A stretch of 64,000 nucleotides of DNA from Nitrospirota bacterium (GTDB lineage: Bacteria > Nitrospirota > Thermodesulfovibrionia > Thermodesulfovibrionales > UBA9159). Of the stretch, positions 39,202 to 49,421 are shown one piece after another. A model generated the notes under the pieces. That model was not told the DNA's origin and did no database searches. It saw only the letters and a program-made list of their open reading frames with translations. The stretch is taken from NCBI GenBank assembly GCA_963699545.1, contig CAVOUE010000010.1:1-64000 (forward strand), written 5' to 3'. The stretch's first letter is position 1, and each line of letters starts with the position of its first letter. The position numbers were made by a program, and so were the translations under genes.

Positions 39202-40140
39202 TCAAATACGGGTCGTTGATAAAAGCTCCAGTGTCCTCTTCATATCCTCCGGCAACGGACTCGAAAACTCCATATACTCACCGGTTCCGGGATGCCTGAA
39301 ACCCAGCATTTCCGCATGGAGCATCTGGCGCGGCAGGGACACCTTTTTCTTTCCAATCTCCAGTTCTGTCTTCCTGCCGTAGGTCTTATCCCCGAGCACA
39401 GGATACCCTATGGAAGAGAAATGAACCCTGATCTGGTGGGTCCTCCCCGTGCCCAGGTGCACCTCCAGCAGCGTGGCGATGCCCAGTCGTTCAAGGACCT
39501 TCCACCTTGTGACCGCCTCTTTCCCTTTCCTCACCCTTGTTGACATCTTCTTCCTGTCCGACCCTGAGCGGCCTATGGGAAGAACAATTTCACCCGTATC
39601 CGCCTTGATATTCCCGTAGACCAGAGTGATGTACCTTCTTCTTATCGTCCGGCGCCTGAACTGTTCCACAAGATCATAGTATGCGCTGTCCGCAGCAGCA
39701 ACGACCATGACCCCTGAGGTATCCTTGTCAAGCCTGTGCACCACCCCAGGCCTGAGAGGACCGCCAATGGAAGCAAGCCTTCCGTAATGGTGCGCAAGGG
39801 CGTTCATCAGTGTGCCATGTCCGTGGCCGGCAGCAGGATACACCACCATGCCCGGAGGCTTGTTCACTACAACGACATATTCATCCTGATAGAGTATTTC
39901 GAGAGGTATCGGCTCAGGGGTCAGTTCCCCGGCCTCTTCTGCGGGAATGTCCAGACTGATGCGGTCGGATGCCTTCAGCCGGTAGTTCCGGCTCTCCGGG
40001 ATTCCGTTCACCAGCACGGCACATCGGTCTATAAGCTTCTGTATCCGCGACCGCGTTATCCCGGTCTTCACCGCAAGAAACGTGTCGATCCTCTGTCCCG
40101 CTTCAGATATATCGATAATGATATCCTTATCTCTGTTCAT
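39202..40140 (-). CDS. rluD: RluA/RluD family pseudouridine synthase
   Basis: S4 domain, VNKPPG, RPGVVHRLDKDTSG, TGRTHQIRVH, QMLHA. Confidence 0.9.
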   Translation of the reverse strand: MNRDKDIIIDISEAGQRIDTFLAVKTGITRSRIQKLIDRCAVLVNGIPESRNYRLKASDRISLDIPAEEAGELTPEPIPLEILYQDEYVVVVNKPPGMVVYPAAGHGHGTLMNALAHHYGRLASIGGPLRPGVVHRLDKDTSGVMVVAAADSAYYDLVEQFRRRTIRRRYITLVYGNIKADTGEIVLPIGRSGSDRKKMSTRVRKGKEAVTRWKVLERLGIATLLEVHLGTGRTHQIRVHFSSIGYPVLGDKTYGRKTELEIGKKKVSLPRQMLHAEMLGFRHPGTGEYMEFSSPLPEDMKRTLELLSTTRI

Positions 40141-40319
40141 TCTCCCCGGCCCACGTATCCATACATCTGTTTCCGGCATGAGGTTTGTGAATGATCGCCT
40201 TGCTTAGCCCAACCTAACGTCATGTTTTCACAACCATTATACCTCATTGCCGCATATGGATCATTCTGTCAGGGCGAAGTCCTTTTGTAACCGGAGCGGT
40301 TATGTTAAAATAGTGCAGT

Positions 40320-41775
40320 ATGGCTGACGGTATCACCATACATATCCTTGGTGATTATGGTCCTTTCTCGAGGATGGGGAAGAGCATCGGGTACCAGGTC
40401 ACCATAGGTCGGTCCAGGTTCCTCGTCGACTGCGGCGCCCCCCTCTTCCAGCAGATCGGCGGCCACGGACTCAAGGGAATAAAAGGCCTGATCATCACCC
40501 ATTGCCACGATGACCACAAGAGATGGTTCAGCGACCTTACCCTGTTCAATATGTACGCCCTTGACATCTCCGGCCGGGTGTGTCTCCTCACCTCAGAGGA
40601 CGTTCACGATGAACTGATAAAGGCGTCAGGTCCCGCCCTGGAAAAAAGCCTTTCCGAGGATTCAAAGAGGATCGTGGATATCCCCTATGAAAACTATATC
40701 GATTACCGCGTGTTGGGTCCCCGGGCCCGTTACCGGATCGTTAAAAAGGATGAAGGCAACGGAAAGACATCCCTTGGTATCGCCGGCAGGAATGGTGCTC
40801 CCGTCGGTCCTGAGCGTGCAAAGATCGTGATCAATGAACAGACAAAGAGGCCGAGGATGTTGTTTAAGGACCCTCAGTATGGCGAGTGGATCGAACCTGA
40901 AAGCTTCTATCCCTTTTCCTCCACCGTATTCTATGAAGAGAACAGGAATACACACATCGAAGAGGAAGAGTTCACCATTGATGCGATCAAGGCCCCCGTG
41001 TGGCATGGCATTCCGGGGATCGGCGTCGTTGTCAGGACAAAAGAGGAGACCCCTCGTCTTCAGTTCAGACACCGCACACAATACTGAACTCTGGAAACAG
41101 CTTTCCGGCGAAAAAAAAGCCCAGCGCCTCGCCATATCAAGAAAAGAATTTGAATCCTCCTCCGTTCTCTGCGGCGATATCAACGATTACGTGGAGAGGA
41201 TGTGGAGCGAGGAACGGTACCGGGAGGCGGTGAACGCCTTTAACAATGCCGTGGTTGTCCATGATATCTCTGTGGGGAACAGCATTGTCCATACGAACTA
41301 TGAGAACCTCGATAAGACATCCCTGAAAAAAGACCGGGTCATGCTCACCCATGGTCCTGACAAGATGACCTCGGAATGGATCCTGTGCAGGGCCGAGAAG
41401 ACCTTCAAGGTCAAGGGGAACAGGTTTTTCGAAGTGGTAGGGGACAGCCTCTATCCGATGAATGCCGACGTGTACCATAAGGAAGCGGGGAGGTATTATG
41501 TCGGGTACGAGAACCGGAAAGGCCGATACGCAGTGTACGAAAAGGCAGGCCGTCTGAGCCTCTCTTCAGAGGAGAGATTCGACCCCGGCGCCGCAGGGAA
41601 GCTCCTTTATCATGTGGACCTGTATGAGGATATATCGGGCAGGTACTTCCCGAAGATAGAAGACGGGAATACTGTGTATCTTGAGCGGAAAGACGGGAAA
41701 GTCGAGCTCGTCAAGTTCACTGACAAAGGGTCGAGGGGACGCGTTGTGGAGGACCAGAGGGACCGGCTCAGGTGA
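40320..41775 (+). CDS. Metallo-beta-lactamase-fold protein with long C-terminal extension; frameshift near 41052
   Basis: LVDCG, THCHDDH (HxHxDH), WH, FSSDT, VHT, LTH across two frames. Confidence 0.7.
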
Positions 41776-41793
41776 AGACTGCCCGATAAGGAT

Positions 41794-42459
41794 ATGCCTG
41801 ACAGGTCGATAGTGCTCTTCATAAAGTCCCCTGGACCGGGGAAGGTAAAATCCCGCCTCGCTTCCGCCATAGGCGAGGAACGTGCGCTGGATATCTATAG
41901 GGCCTTCGTTCTCGACATCGTCGGCGCGCTGAAGAAGGGAAACCGCCCCATCACCATCGCCTTTTATTCTGAGGATGCCGGAGCTGTAGTCGACTGGCTT
42001 GGAAAAGATCTCGTCTATATCGCTCAGAAGGGAACAGACCTCGGAGCAAGGATGAGGAATGCCTTCCATGACGTTTTCTCACATGGCCATGAGAAAGCGG
42101 TCCTTATAGGGAGCGATATCCCGGATCTTCCTCCCGAGATCATTGATGAAGCGTTCTCCGCGCTGGAGAAAAAAGACGCGGTCATCGGACCTGCCTCTGA
42201 TGGAGGTTACTTTCTGATAGGTTTTAAAGAAACCACGTTCCTTCCGGATATATTCCATGGGATCGCCTGGAGCACTGATTCCGTATACAGGGAAACCATG
42301 AAGGCATTCGAAAGGGCAGGACACCATGTCCATATCCTGCCGAAATGGAAGGACGTGGATACCCTTGATGACCTGCGGTCTCTCTACCTGAGGAACAGGG
42401 ACACCAGCTTCAGGGATTCCCTTACCATGTCAGCCTGCAAAAAGGTATTTCATGACTAA
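41794..42459 (+). CDS. TIGR04282/DUF2064 glycosyltransferase (arsenosugar cluster-associated)
   Basis: K.P.PGKVKSRL, Q.G.DLGARM, IGSDIP, GPASDGGY, WST, DVDT. Confidence 0.88.
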   Translation: MPDRSIVLFIKSPGPGKVKSRLASAIGEERALDIYRAFVLDIVGALKKGNRPITIAFYSEDAGAVVDWLGKDLVYIAQKGTDLGARMRNAFHDVFSHGHEKAVLIGSDIPDLPPEIIDEAFSALEKKDAVIGPASDGGYFLIGFKETTFLPDIFHGIAWSTDSVYRETMKAFERAGHHVHILPKWKDVDTLDDLRSLYLRNRDTSFRDSLTMSACKKVFHD

Positions 42460-43156
42460 GAACACCATCAATAAGATAATCATTGTTGTCATTATCCTCG
42501 CCCTGATAGCGGTCTTTAAGATCTTCAGCCTGCAGGACTATCTCAGCCTCTCCTATCTGAAGGAATCACGCGAGAGATTCATACTTCTGTACGCCGGACA
42601 CCGGGCATCTGTGATCGCCGCTTACATGGTCATTTATATCGTTGTGACCACGCTGTCCCTGCCCGGTGCGGTCATCATGACCCTTGCTGGGGGAGCGCTT
42701 TTCGGGCTCTGGACGGGAGCCATTGTCGTCTCTTTTGCCAGCACCATTGGGGGAACTATGGCCTGCTTCGTCTCGCGGTTCATATTGAGAGACTGGGTTC
42801 AGAAAAGGCTTGGGGACAAGCTCAGAGCAGTAAACGAGGGCATAGAGAAGGAGGGTCCTTTCTATCTCTTCACACTCCGGCTGATCCCGGTCTTCCCGTT
42901 CTGGCTCACTAACCTGCTTATGGGACTCACGGAGATGCCGTTGCGGACCTTCTACTGGATCTCGCAGATCGGGATGTTTCCTGCCACCATCGTCTATGTG
43001 AATGCAGGGAAGGAACTGGCGCAAATAGATTCCCTTTCCGGAATTCTCTCCCCTGGTCTGATCCTTTCCTTTGTTCTTCTCGGGGTATTTCCCATAGCCG
43101 CCAGGAAACTCGTGGCATGGTACAAATCCAGGAAGGATACGTCCGCAAAGGACTGA
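42452..43156 (+). CDS. TVP38/TMEM64 (DedA-like) membrane protein
   Basis: SLPGA..TLAGGALFG, LRLIPVFPF, SQIGMFP. Confidence 0.9.
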   Translation: MTKNTINKIIIVVIILALIAVFKIFSLQDYLSLSYLKESRERFILLYAGHRASVIAAYMVIYIVVTTLSLPGAVIMTLAGGALFGLWTGAIVVSFASTIGGTMACFVSRFILRDWVQKRLGDKLRAVNEGIEKEGPFYLFTLRLIPVFPFWLTNLLMGLTEMPLRTFYWISQIGMFPATIVYVNAGKELAQIDSLSGILSPGLILSFVLLGVFPIAARKLVAWYKSRKDTSAKD

Positions 43157-43182
43157 GTGCTACTACATAAAGGGAGAGTGAC

Positions 43183-44634
43183 ATGGGCGATTACGACTTC
43201 GACATAGGCATTTTGGGAGGCGGGGCGGCCGGATTGACCGTTGCATCGGGAGCTGCGCAACTGGGAGCGAAAACCCTCCTCATCGAAAAGGACAGGAGAC
43301 TGGGAGGCGACTGCCTCCATTTCGGTTGTGTACCGAGCAAGACCCTCATCAGAACAGCCGGGGTTTATCATCTCATGAAGAGGGCCCGGGACTTCGGGCT
43401 TCCTCCCGTGAAGGTCCCGCCCGTGGATTTCAGCGAAGTTGCAAAGAGGATACAGTCCGTGATCAGCATCATCCAGAAACATGATTCGGAGGAACGGTTC
43501 TGCAGGCTGGGGGCAAGAGTGGAATTTGGAGGGGCAGAGTTTGCAGACGAGCATTCCGTCAGACTGAACGGAAAAACCTATTCCGCCAGAAATTGGGTGA
43601 TCGCAACAGGCTCCTCCCCTTTCGTCCCTTCCATCACGGGACTCGACTCAACTCCCTTCATAACAAACAGGGATATCTTTTCTCTGGGCAGCCTCCCCGG
43701 GTCCATGATCATTCTTGGGGGCGGGCCGGTGGCCATCGAGATGGCGCAGGCGTTCTGCAGGCTGGGGACAGCGGTATCAGTGATCCAGCGCGGCAAACAG
43801 ATACTGAACAGAGAAGATAAGGACATGGCAGACCTCGTGATGAACATACTCAACAGGGAGGGGGTGACCTTTTATCTCAATGCTTCCGTTATCAGCACGC
43901 GGGATGCAGGAGATGGGAGAGAGGTGCTCATAAGGACTGCCGAAGACAAGACGCTCACCTTAAAGAGCGAGACCATCCTTGCAGCCATGGGGAGAGAGGC
44001 CAATGTCAACGGACTGGGGCTGAAGGGTATCGGCGTGGCATTTGACAACAGGGGGATAAGAGTTGATGACCGTATGAGAACAACGCATAAGCATATCTAT
44101 GCGGCTGGGGATGTCACCGGCGCGTATCAGTTCACCCATGCGGCCGGATATGAGGGAGGCATTATTGTGAGCAACGCTGTTTTCCATCTGCCCCGGAAGG
44201 CCGACTACACGTTCTTCCCGTGGTGCACCTATACTGATCCCGAACTGGCGAGCATCGGGATGAACGAGCGGATGGCTGAAGATGCCGGGATTCGGTACTC
44301 GGTCTGGACAGAGGAATTCAGGACCAATGACAGAAGCATTGCAGAGGGAGAAGAGACCGGCAGGATCAAGATGCTCCTTGGTGCCCGGGAAAAACCTCTG
44401 GGTATCCAGATCCTGGGACCTCATGCCGGGGAATTGATCAGTGAATGGGTGGCAATCACCAACGGGAAGGTCGGACTCACGACCCTGGCCTCCGCCATCC
44501 ATCCTTACCCCACGCTCGGGGAGATCAACAAAAAAGTGGCCGGGACCTTCTTCGCAAGCAAGATATTTTCTGACAAGGTCAAGAAAGGGCTGAAATTCTT
44601 CTTCCATCTCAAGGGAAGGGCATGCGGCGAATGA
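43183..44634 (+). CDS. Flavin disulfide oxidoreductase (Lpd/MerA-like)
   Basis: GGGAAG, GGDCLHFGCVPSK, HPYPT; no C-terminal CC pair. Confidence 0.88.
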   Translation: MGDYDFDIGILGGGAAGLTVASGAAQLGAKTLLIEKDRRLGGDCLHFGCVPSKTLIRTAGVYHLMKRARDFGLPPVKVPPVDFSEVAKRIQSVISIIQKHDSEERFCRLGARVEFGGAEFADEHSVRLNGKTYSARNWVIATGSSPFVPSITGLDSTPFITNRDIFSLGSLPGSMIILGGGPVAIEMAQAFCRLGTAVSVIQRGKQILNREDKDMADLVMNILNREGVTFYLNASVISTRDAGDGREVLIRTAEDKTLTLKSETILAAMGREANVNGLGLKGIGVAFDNRGIRVDDRMRTTHKHIYAAGDVTGAYQFTHAAGYEGGIIVSNAVFHLPRKADYTFFPWCTYTDPELASIGMNERMAEDAGIRYSVWTEEFRTNDRSIAEGEETGRIKMLLGAREKPLGIQILGPHAGELISEWVAITNGKVGLTTLASAIHPYPTLGEINKKVAGTFFASKIFSDKVKKGLKFFFHLKGRACGE

Positions 44635-44752
44635 GCGCGGTCCTTTGTTCTTTTTCTCTGCGGAAATGCACTACCATGGTGAAGACTGATCGGATCAGAG
44701 GGGGACGGTGATGGGCTGCCCGGCCACACAAGGTAGCGGGGGAAATGTCCCC

Positions 44753-45748
44753 ATGGATCATTCTTCCGTGAAGTTCGAGGAAAGGATACGCAGCGTCAGG
44801 CCCGGACCCCTGAGGTCTTCCGGCATCGAAATACTTCAGGTGAACCTTGGCTACCGGTGCAACATGTCCTGCACGCACTGTCACGTGGAGGCGGGTCCCG
44901 GCAGGAACGAGGAGATGGACAGGGATACCATCGAGACCGTGCTCTCGGTGTTGGGGGAAAACACCATCGGCACCCTCGACATCACCGGGGGCGCTCCCGA
45001 GTTGAATCCCCATTTCAGGTACCTCGTGGAAGAAGCAAAGGCCATGGGCTGTGCTGTCATCGTACGCACAAATCTCACTGTCTTCTTTGAAAGGAGGATG
45101 GAGGGCCTGCCGGAATTTTACAGCAGCCACGGTGTTGAGGTGACTGCCTCCCTGCCCTGCCACCTTGAAACGAACGTAGACAGGGTGAGGGGAGAGGGAA
45201 CCTTCGAAAAATGCATAAAGGCCCTTCAGAGGTTAAACGCCCTCGGTTACGCTGATGGTCTGTCGAACAACAAACTGAACCTCGTCTACAATCCCTCGGG
45301 GGCTTTCCTGGCCCCCCCACAGAAAACGCTGGAGGATGATTACAGGCGGGAGTTGAAAAAAAGGTTCGGGGTCTTGTTCGATCATCTCTATACCTTTGCC
45401 AATATGCCTATAGGACGGTTCAGGGACCATCTGGTCCGTACCGGAACTCTTGAAACGTACATGGGAAACCTCAGGGGCGGTTTCAACCCCGAAACCCTTG
45501 ATGGACTGATGTGCAGGCACCTGATCAGCGTCCGTTGGGACGGAATGCTCTTTGACTGTGACTTCAACCAGGTTCTCGGCGTTCCTGTGGCAGATGCTCC
45601 CCGGCACATCCGGGGATTTGATTACTCAGCGCTCAAGGACAGAAGGACGGCGGTGGGGGACCACTGTTACGGCTGCACGGCAGGCCAGGGTTCCACCTGA
45701 GTGGGCGCTGTAGCGCAGAAGGCAGGTCGCCTTCTCCGGAGAGCGTAA
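44753..45748 (+). CDS. arsS: Arsenosugar biosynthesis radical SAM selenoprotein (UGA at 45698-45700 read as Sec)
   Basis: CNMSCTHCH, DITGGAPE, MCRHLISV, DCDFNQ, HCYGCTAGQGST-UGA; in-frame TAA at 45746. Confidence 0.85.
45717..45735 (+). promoter_or_regulatory. Bacterial SECIS-like hairpin
   Basis: AGAAGGC-AGGTC-GCCTTCT 16 nt after UGA; the GCAGGTC apex resembles the E. coli fdhF SECIS. Confidence 0.7.
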
Positions 45749-45776
45749 TGACCGTCGTATGCCGGACAACGGACAG

Positions 45777-46463
45777 ATGAGACACGGCATTTCGGTAATC
45801 GTCCCTGTATGGAAAGAAGCGTCCATCATCGCCCAGTCCATCAGCCGCATCCTCGATCTGGACCCTGATGGCGGTCTTGAGGTTATCGTTGTGGACGGCA
45901 GTCCTGACGGCGAGACGCTGCACTCGATCCGGGAAGGAAGGGTGAGAAAGTACACCGCCCGGAAAGCGCGGTCCGTGCAGATGAATACGGGAGCTTCCCA
46001 TGCCTCACGGGAAATCCTCCTGTTCCTCCACGCTGACACGATGCTCCCTGAAGGCGCATTGCAGAGAATTTCTTCGCTCATTGACAGGGGAGACGTGGTG
46101 GGCGGAGCCTTTGATCTCGGGATCGATTCTGAGAGACCGATCTTCAGGATAATAGAAAACGCCGCCGCCCTTCGCTCCAGGATCCTGCGGATCCCCTACG
46201 GCGATCAGGCAATATTTATCAGGAAGGATTACTTTCACGCCATAGGCGGGTTCAGGGAAATACCTCTCATGGAAGACGTGGAGCTGATGAGACGTATCAA
46301 GAAGGCGGGCGGCAGGATCGGTATCATTCGTGAGAAAGTGAAGACATCTCCCCGGAGGTGGGAAAAGGAGGGTGTCCTGTCTTGCACACTGAGGAATTGG
46401 ACCCTGATCTCCCTCTATCTCCTCGGCGTTTCGCCGGAGAGGCTGGCTCGGTTCTACCGGTGA
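45777..46463 (+). CDS. TIGR04283 GT2 glycosyltransferase (arsenosugar cluster-associated)
   Basis: VVDGS, QMN.GA, LFLHAD, PYGDQ, PLMED, TS.RRW. Confidence 0.9.
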   Translation: MRHGISVIVPVWKEASIIAQSISRILDLDPDGGLEVIVVDGSPDGETLHSIREGRVRKYTARKARSVQMNTGASHASREILLFLHADTMLPEGALQRISSLIDRGDVVGGAFDLGIDSERPIFRIIENAAALRSRILRIPYGDQAIFIRKDYFHAIGGFREIPLMEDVELMRRIKKAGGRIGIIREKVKTSPRRWEKEGVLSCTLRNWTLISLYLLGVSPERLARFYR

Positions 46464-46475
46464 AGCGGTAGTCCC

Positions 46476-46721
46476 CTATTCCCTGTTTTCTTCGAGTTTC
46501 TTCAGAAGGTCCTTCTTCCTGATCCGTCCGTGGAGAGTTGAGCCGTCTTTGAATTCGAACACGGGGATATCGAACCGGTAGAGTTCGTAGAGGGTATCGT
46601 CGGAATCTATGGCAACCTTTTGCACAAGGATGCCGTACCTCTCCCTGAGTCCGTTCACCATCTCTTCAGCGGTATCGCAGAGCCAGCATCCCTCTTTAAA
46701 ATAGAACGTCAGCCTGACCAT
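46476..46721 (-). CDS. Glutaredoxin-like protein (DUF836)
   Basis: GCWLCD, YRFDIPV. Confidence 0.8.
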   Translation of the reverse strand: MVRLTFYFKEGCWLCDTAEEMVNGLRERYGILVQKVAIDSDDTLYELYRFDIPVFEFKDGSTLHGRIRKKDLLKKLEENRE

Positions 46722-46926
46722 GTTTGCCTGATCCTCTCTCTTATCTGCTTTGACGGCGCGTGCTGCATCTAAGATAAATAATATTATATGTGGCGAGCGC
46801 TTTTTTCCAGCGGGACGAGACACGATGAGCGGCTTTCTTGTTCTTCCCTGGGCTGGCAGGCACGAAGGAGCACTGCAGCATCCTTTGACGCACTGCAGGG
46901 CTCCTTCATTTCCGCATCTGCTTCGT

Positions 46927-47547
46927 TTATTTCTTTTGCGCTTTTTCGACAGAAACTCCGAGGGATTCGGTATAGGTGATCACCACCTGGTCGCCTACCT
47001 TCACATTGTCAAGCCTCTTGGGGTCCTTGATCTTTATCTCTTTTGTGTTGCCTTCCGGGCCTTTGAGGGTCACCGAGGGCTTCTTCTTGTCCATCGCCTG
47101 GACTGTGGCGGTAAAGGTTACCACATTCGCCACAACAGCCGCCGGCTTTTGGCCCGGCTTGGCTCTCTCGGTTATCTGTGCCTTTGTGACCCCGGGGGTT
47201 GGTTCTCCGGGCTTCTTCACTTCAACCGCAAGAGACTCATAATATTTCACCACCACCTGGTCACCCACTTTGACCTGGGCCAAATTCTTCACTTCCTCAC
47301 CTGCCTTGAAGGTGAAGGTATTGCCCTTCGATCCTTTGAGCGTCACCATACGGCTCGCAAGGTCGATCGCCTCAACGGTAGCCGTCGCGGTAACAAGCTC
47401 TGAGGTTACGTAATACGGCTTCTTCACCTCCGCAGCTGCCTTCTCCTTGGCAGGGGCTGATTCTGTTTTCTTCTCCGCAGCCATTGTCGTCCCCGCAAAT
47501 GCCAGGGTGAGGACTGCAACCAGGAACACAATAAATACTCTCTTCAT
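46927..47547 (-). CDS. Secreted hypothetical protein with two tandem OB-like repeats
   Basis: Signal peptide; duplicated ATV.A.D....VTLKG..GN...VKVGDQVV..Y.ESL unit. Confidence 0.75.
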   Translation of the reverse strand: MKRVFIVFLVAVLTLAFAGTTMAAEKKTESAPAKEKAAAEVKKPYYVTSELVTATATVEAIDLASRMVTLKGSKGNTFTFKAGEEVKNLAQVKVGDQVVVKYYESLAVEVKKPGEPTPGVTKAQITERAKPGQKPAAVVANVVTFTATVQAMDKKKPSVTLKGPEGNTKEIKIKDPKRLDNVKVGDQVVITYTESLGVSVEKAQKK

Positions 47548-47816
47548 GAAAACTCCTCCTTTTATGGGATTTTGACCCATAGTGTACATTATCCGAACGG
47601 CCCGCGTCTTGAAAAACATCTCTTAAGAGCACAATCCGCTTTTTGTCGGAAGGTTTTGATTCAGTAGACGAACGGCCCGACTGAAGATCCTGAGGCCGAC
47701 GCCCTCTCTCCCAGGGGGGCTCTGGCTCAGCCCCAGGTAACGTGCTGGTCCGACTAACAGGACGTTCATTCTATTGTTGTCCTGAGTACTGCCGTACGCA
47801 GGATCGGTCATTCGTC

Positions 47817-49313
47817 TTACCTGCCGCCGGCATGGCAGTCGCTGCAGTTCATCTCTTTATAGGAATCCCCTATATCGACCGGGTGGGGATATGCCGCAAA
47901 GGTAAACACCGCCTGCCCCTTTGGCCGGTCAACATTGTGCGCCAACAGAAGATGACAGGTGCTGCAGTCCTTTGACAACACCTTGCCGTCCTCACTCACA
48001 TGTTTGCCGTCATGGCAGCGGAAACAACCCAAAGAGTACATGTGACCGGCATTGTCCGGAAAATGCTTCCAGCTCACTTTCATAACGGGATCATAGTTGC
48101 GGTCATAGACATTCTGCAGTCCCGTAATGGCCTGCTCGATCTTGTCCCTATTTGAAGAGGCAACTTCCGGATAGGTCTTTTGATAGAATTCCATGATCAT
48201 GTGTTTAATACCATCACGCGCTGCCTGTCTGGAAGTGTACGTGTTTTCCAACGCCTTGACCGCAATGCTTTTCACTTCCGGAAGCGACGGATCGATTACT
48301 TTCCCCTGGAGGTAGGTGTTTACCAGCGTGGCCGGATGGCGGTAAGGATGTCCTGTTCTATTGTGACAATCGACGCAGTCCATAAGGCGTTTCTCTGCAC
48401 CATTCAACTCTTTGTCAGTGATCTTACTTTCGGTGCTGCGATAGATGCGAAGCTTCCCGTCGAACCCCGTCACCTGGACCCAGGGGATCACCATCCTTTT
48501 CGGGTCTGTGGCAGCATACCTGATTTCTTTTACAACAGTGTAATGCCAGTGAATCTTTGAGGGCTTGTCTGTCTCAACGCGGCCTGTTCCCATTTTGAGC
48601 AAGAGGTCTATTGTCCATGTTGTATTCTGTCTGTCGGAGAGAAAGTGAGCCCTGAACAATAATTTCTCGCTGGGCTGGTATTTCGGCCCATGACACGTTT
48701 CACAGACATCCTGTGAAGGCCTTAAGTTCTCCACCGGCACGGGAATAGGTCTCTGATATTTGTTGAACACAAGGGCATAAAGCTGGCGCGTCCCGTTCAG
48801 CTTTGCGAGAAGAAAATACTTGGCACCGGATCCCACGTGGCACTCTACACAACCAACCTCAGCGTGGTATGAGAAAGAGTGGGCAGTGCTTTCCGGCCCC
48901 ATGACCCTGTGACAGAGCATGCCACAGAAGGTGTTGGATTCCACATACTCATAGGCCTTGAAGCTTGCAAATGCATACAGCAACGACAGGAGAACGAAGC
49001 CGCCTCCCAGGACGGCCATCAGGGTGCGGTGCTTGGAATCATTGAAATCAATGATGGGAAGGCGCCCTTCAGCGGGTTCCCCTGCCCTCAGCCTGCGCCG
49101 TTCACGAACAATCCCGATAACCACAAGAGCCAAACCACAGATTACAATGATCGGAAGAATGATGAAAATAATGACGTCGGCATACGGCTTGGGATGCTTG
49201 GTAAGCATCTCAAAAACGATGAGAAAGGCGATGAGTCCTGCGTTGAACAGGGCAATCACCGCGCCAACAAGGGAAAGGGGGTTATAGAATACCTTCGGGA
49301 ATATCTTTCTCAT
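47817..49313 (-). CDS. Membrane-anchored NapC/NirT-like multiheme cytochrome c (7 heme motifs)
   Basis: 3 TM; CGMLCH (CxxxCH), CVECH, CETCH, CVDCH, CFRCH, CSTCH, CSDCH. Confidence 0.88.
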   Translation of the reverse strand: MRKIFPKVFYNPLSLVGAVIALFNAGLIAFLIVFEMLTKHPKPYADVIIFIILPIIVICGLALVVIGIVRERRRLRAGEPAEGRLPIIDFNDSKHRTLMAVLGGGFVLLSLLYAFASFKAYEYVESNTFCGMLCHRVMGPESTAHSFSYHAEVGCVECHVGSGAKYFLLAKLNGTRQLYALVFNKYQRPIPVPVENLRPSQDVCETCHGPKYQPSEKLLFRAHFLSDRQNTTWTIDLLLKMGTGRVETDKPSKIHWHYTVVKEIRYAATDPKRMVIPWVQVTGFDGKLRIYRSTESKITDKELNGAEKRLMDCVDCHNRTGHPYRHPATLVNTYLQGKVIDPSLPEVKSIAVKALENTYTSRQAARDGIKHMIMEFYQKTYPEVASSNRDKIEQAITGLQNVYDRNYDPVMKVSWKHFPDNAGHMYSLGCFRCHDGKHVSEDGKVLSKDCSTCHLLLAHNVDRPKGQAVFTFAAYPHPVDIGDSYKEMNCSDCHAGGR

Positions 49314-49421
49314 GTTTCTCCTTTGGAGGTTGTCGCCGGAGCCCGGAGGCGTTCCCCGTTACAAGAAACACCTCCGGAGTTCAGATGGCCTCTCTGTCCT
49401 CAGTACTTCAAATCCCCTTCA

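Noticed and set aside
43183-44634. Mercuric reductase merA
   Set aside because: Lacks the C-terminal Cys-Cys pair and NmerA domain, and no mer genes are nearby.
47594-47679. Direct repeat CGAACGGCCCG x2 as CRISPR remnant or operator
   Set aside because: Only two 11-bp copies, with no array and no cas genes.
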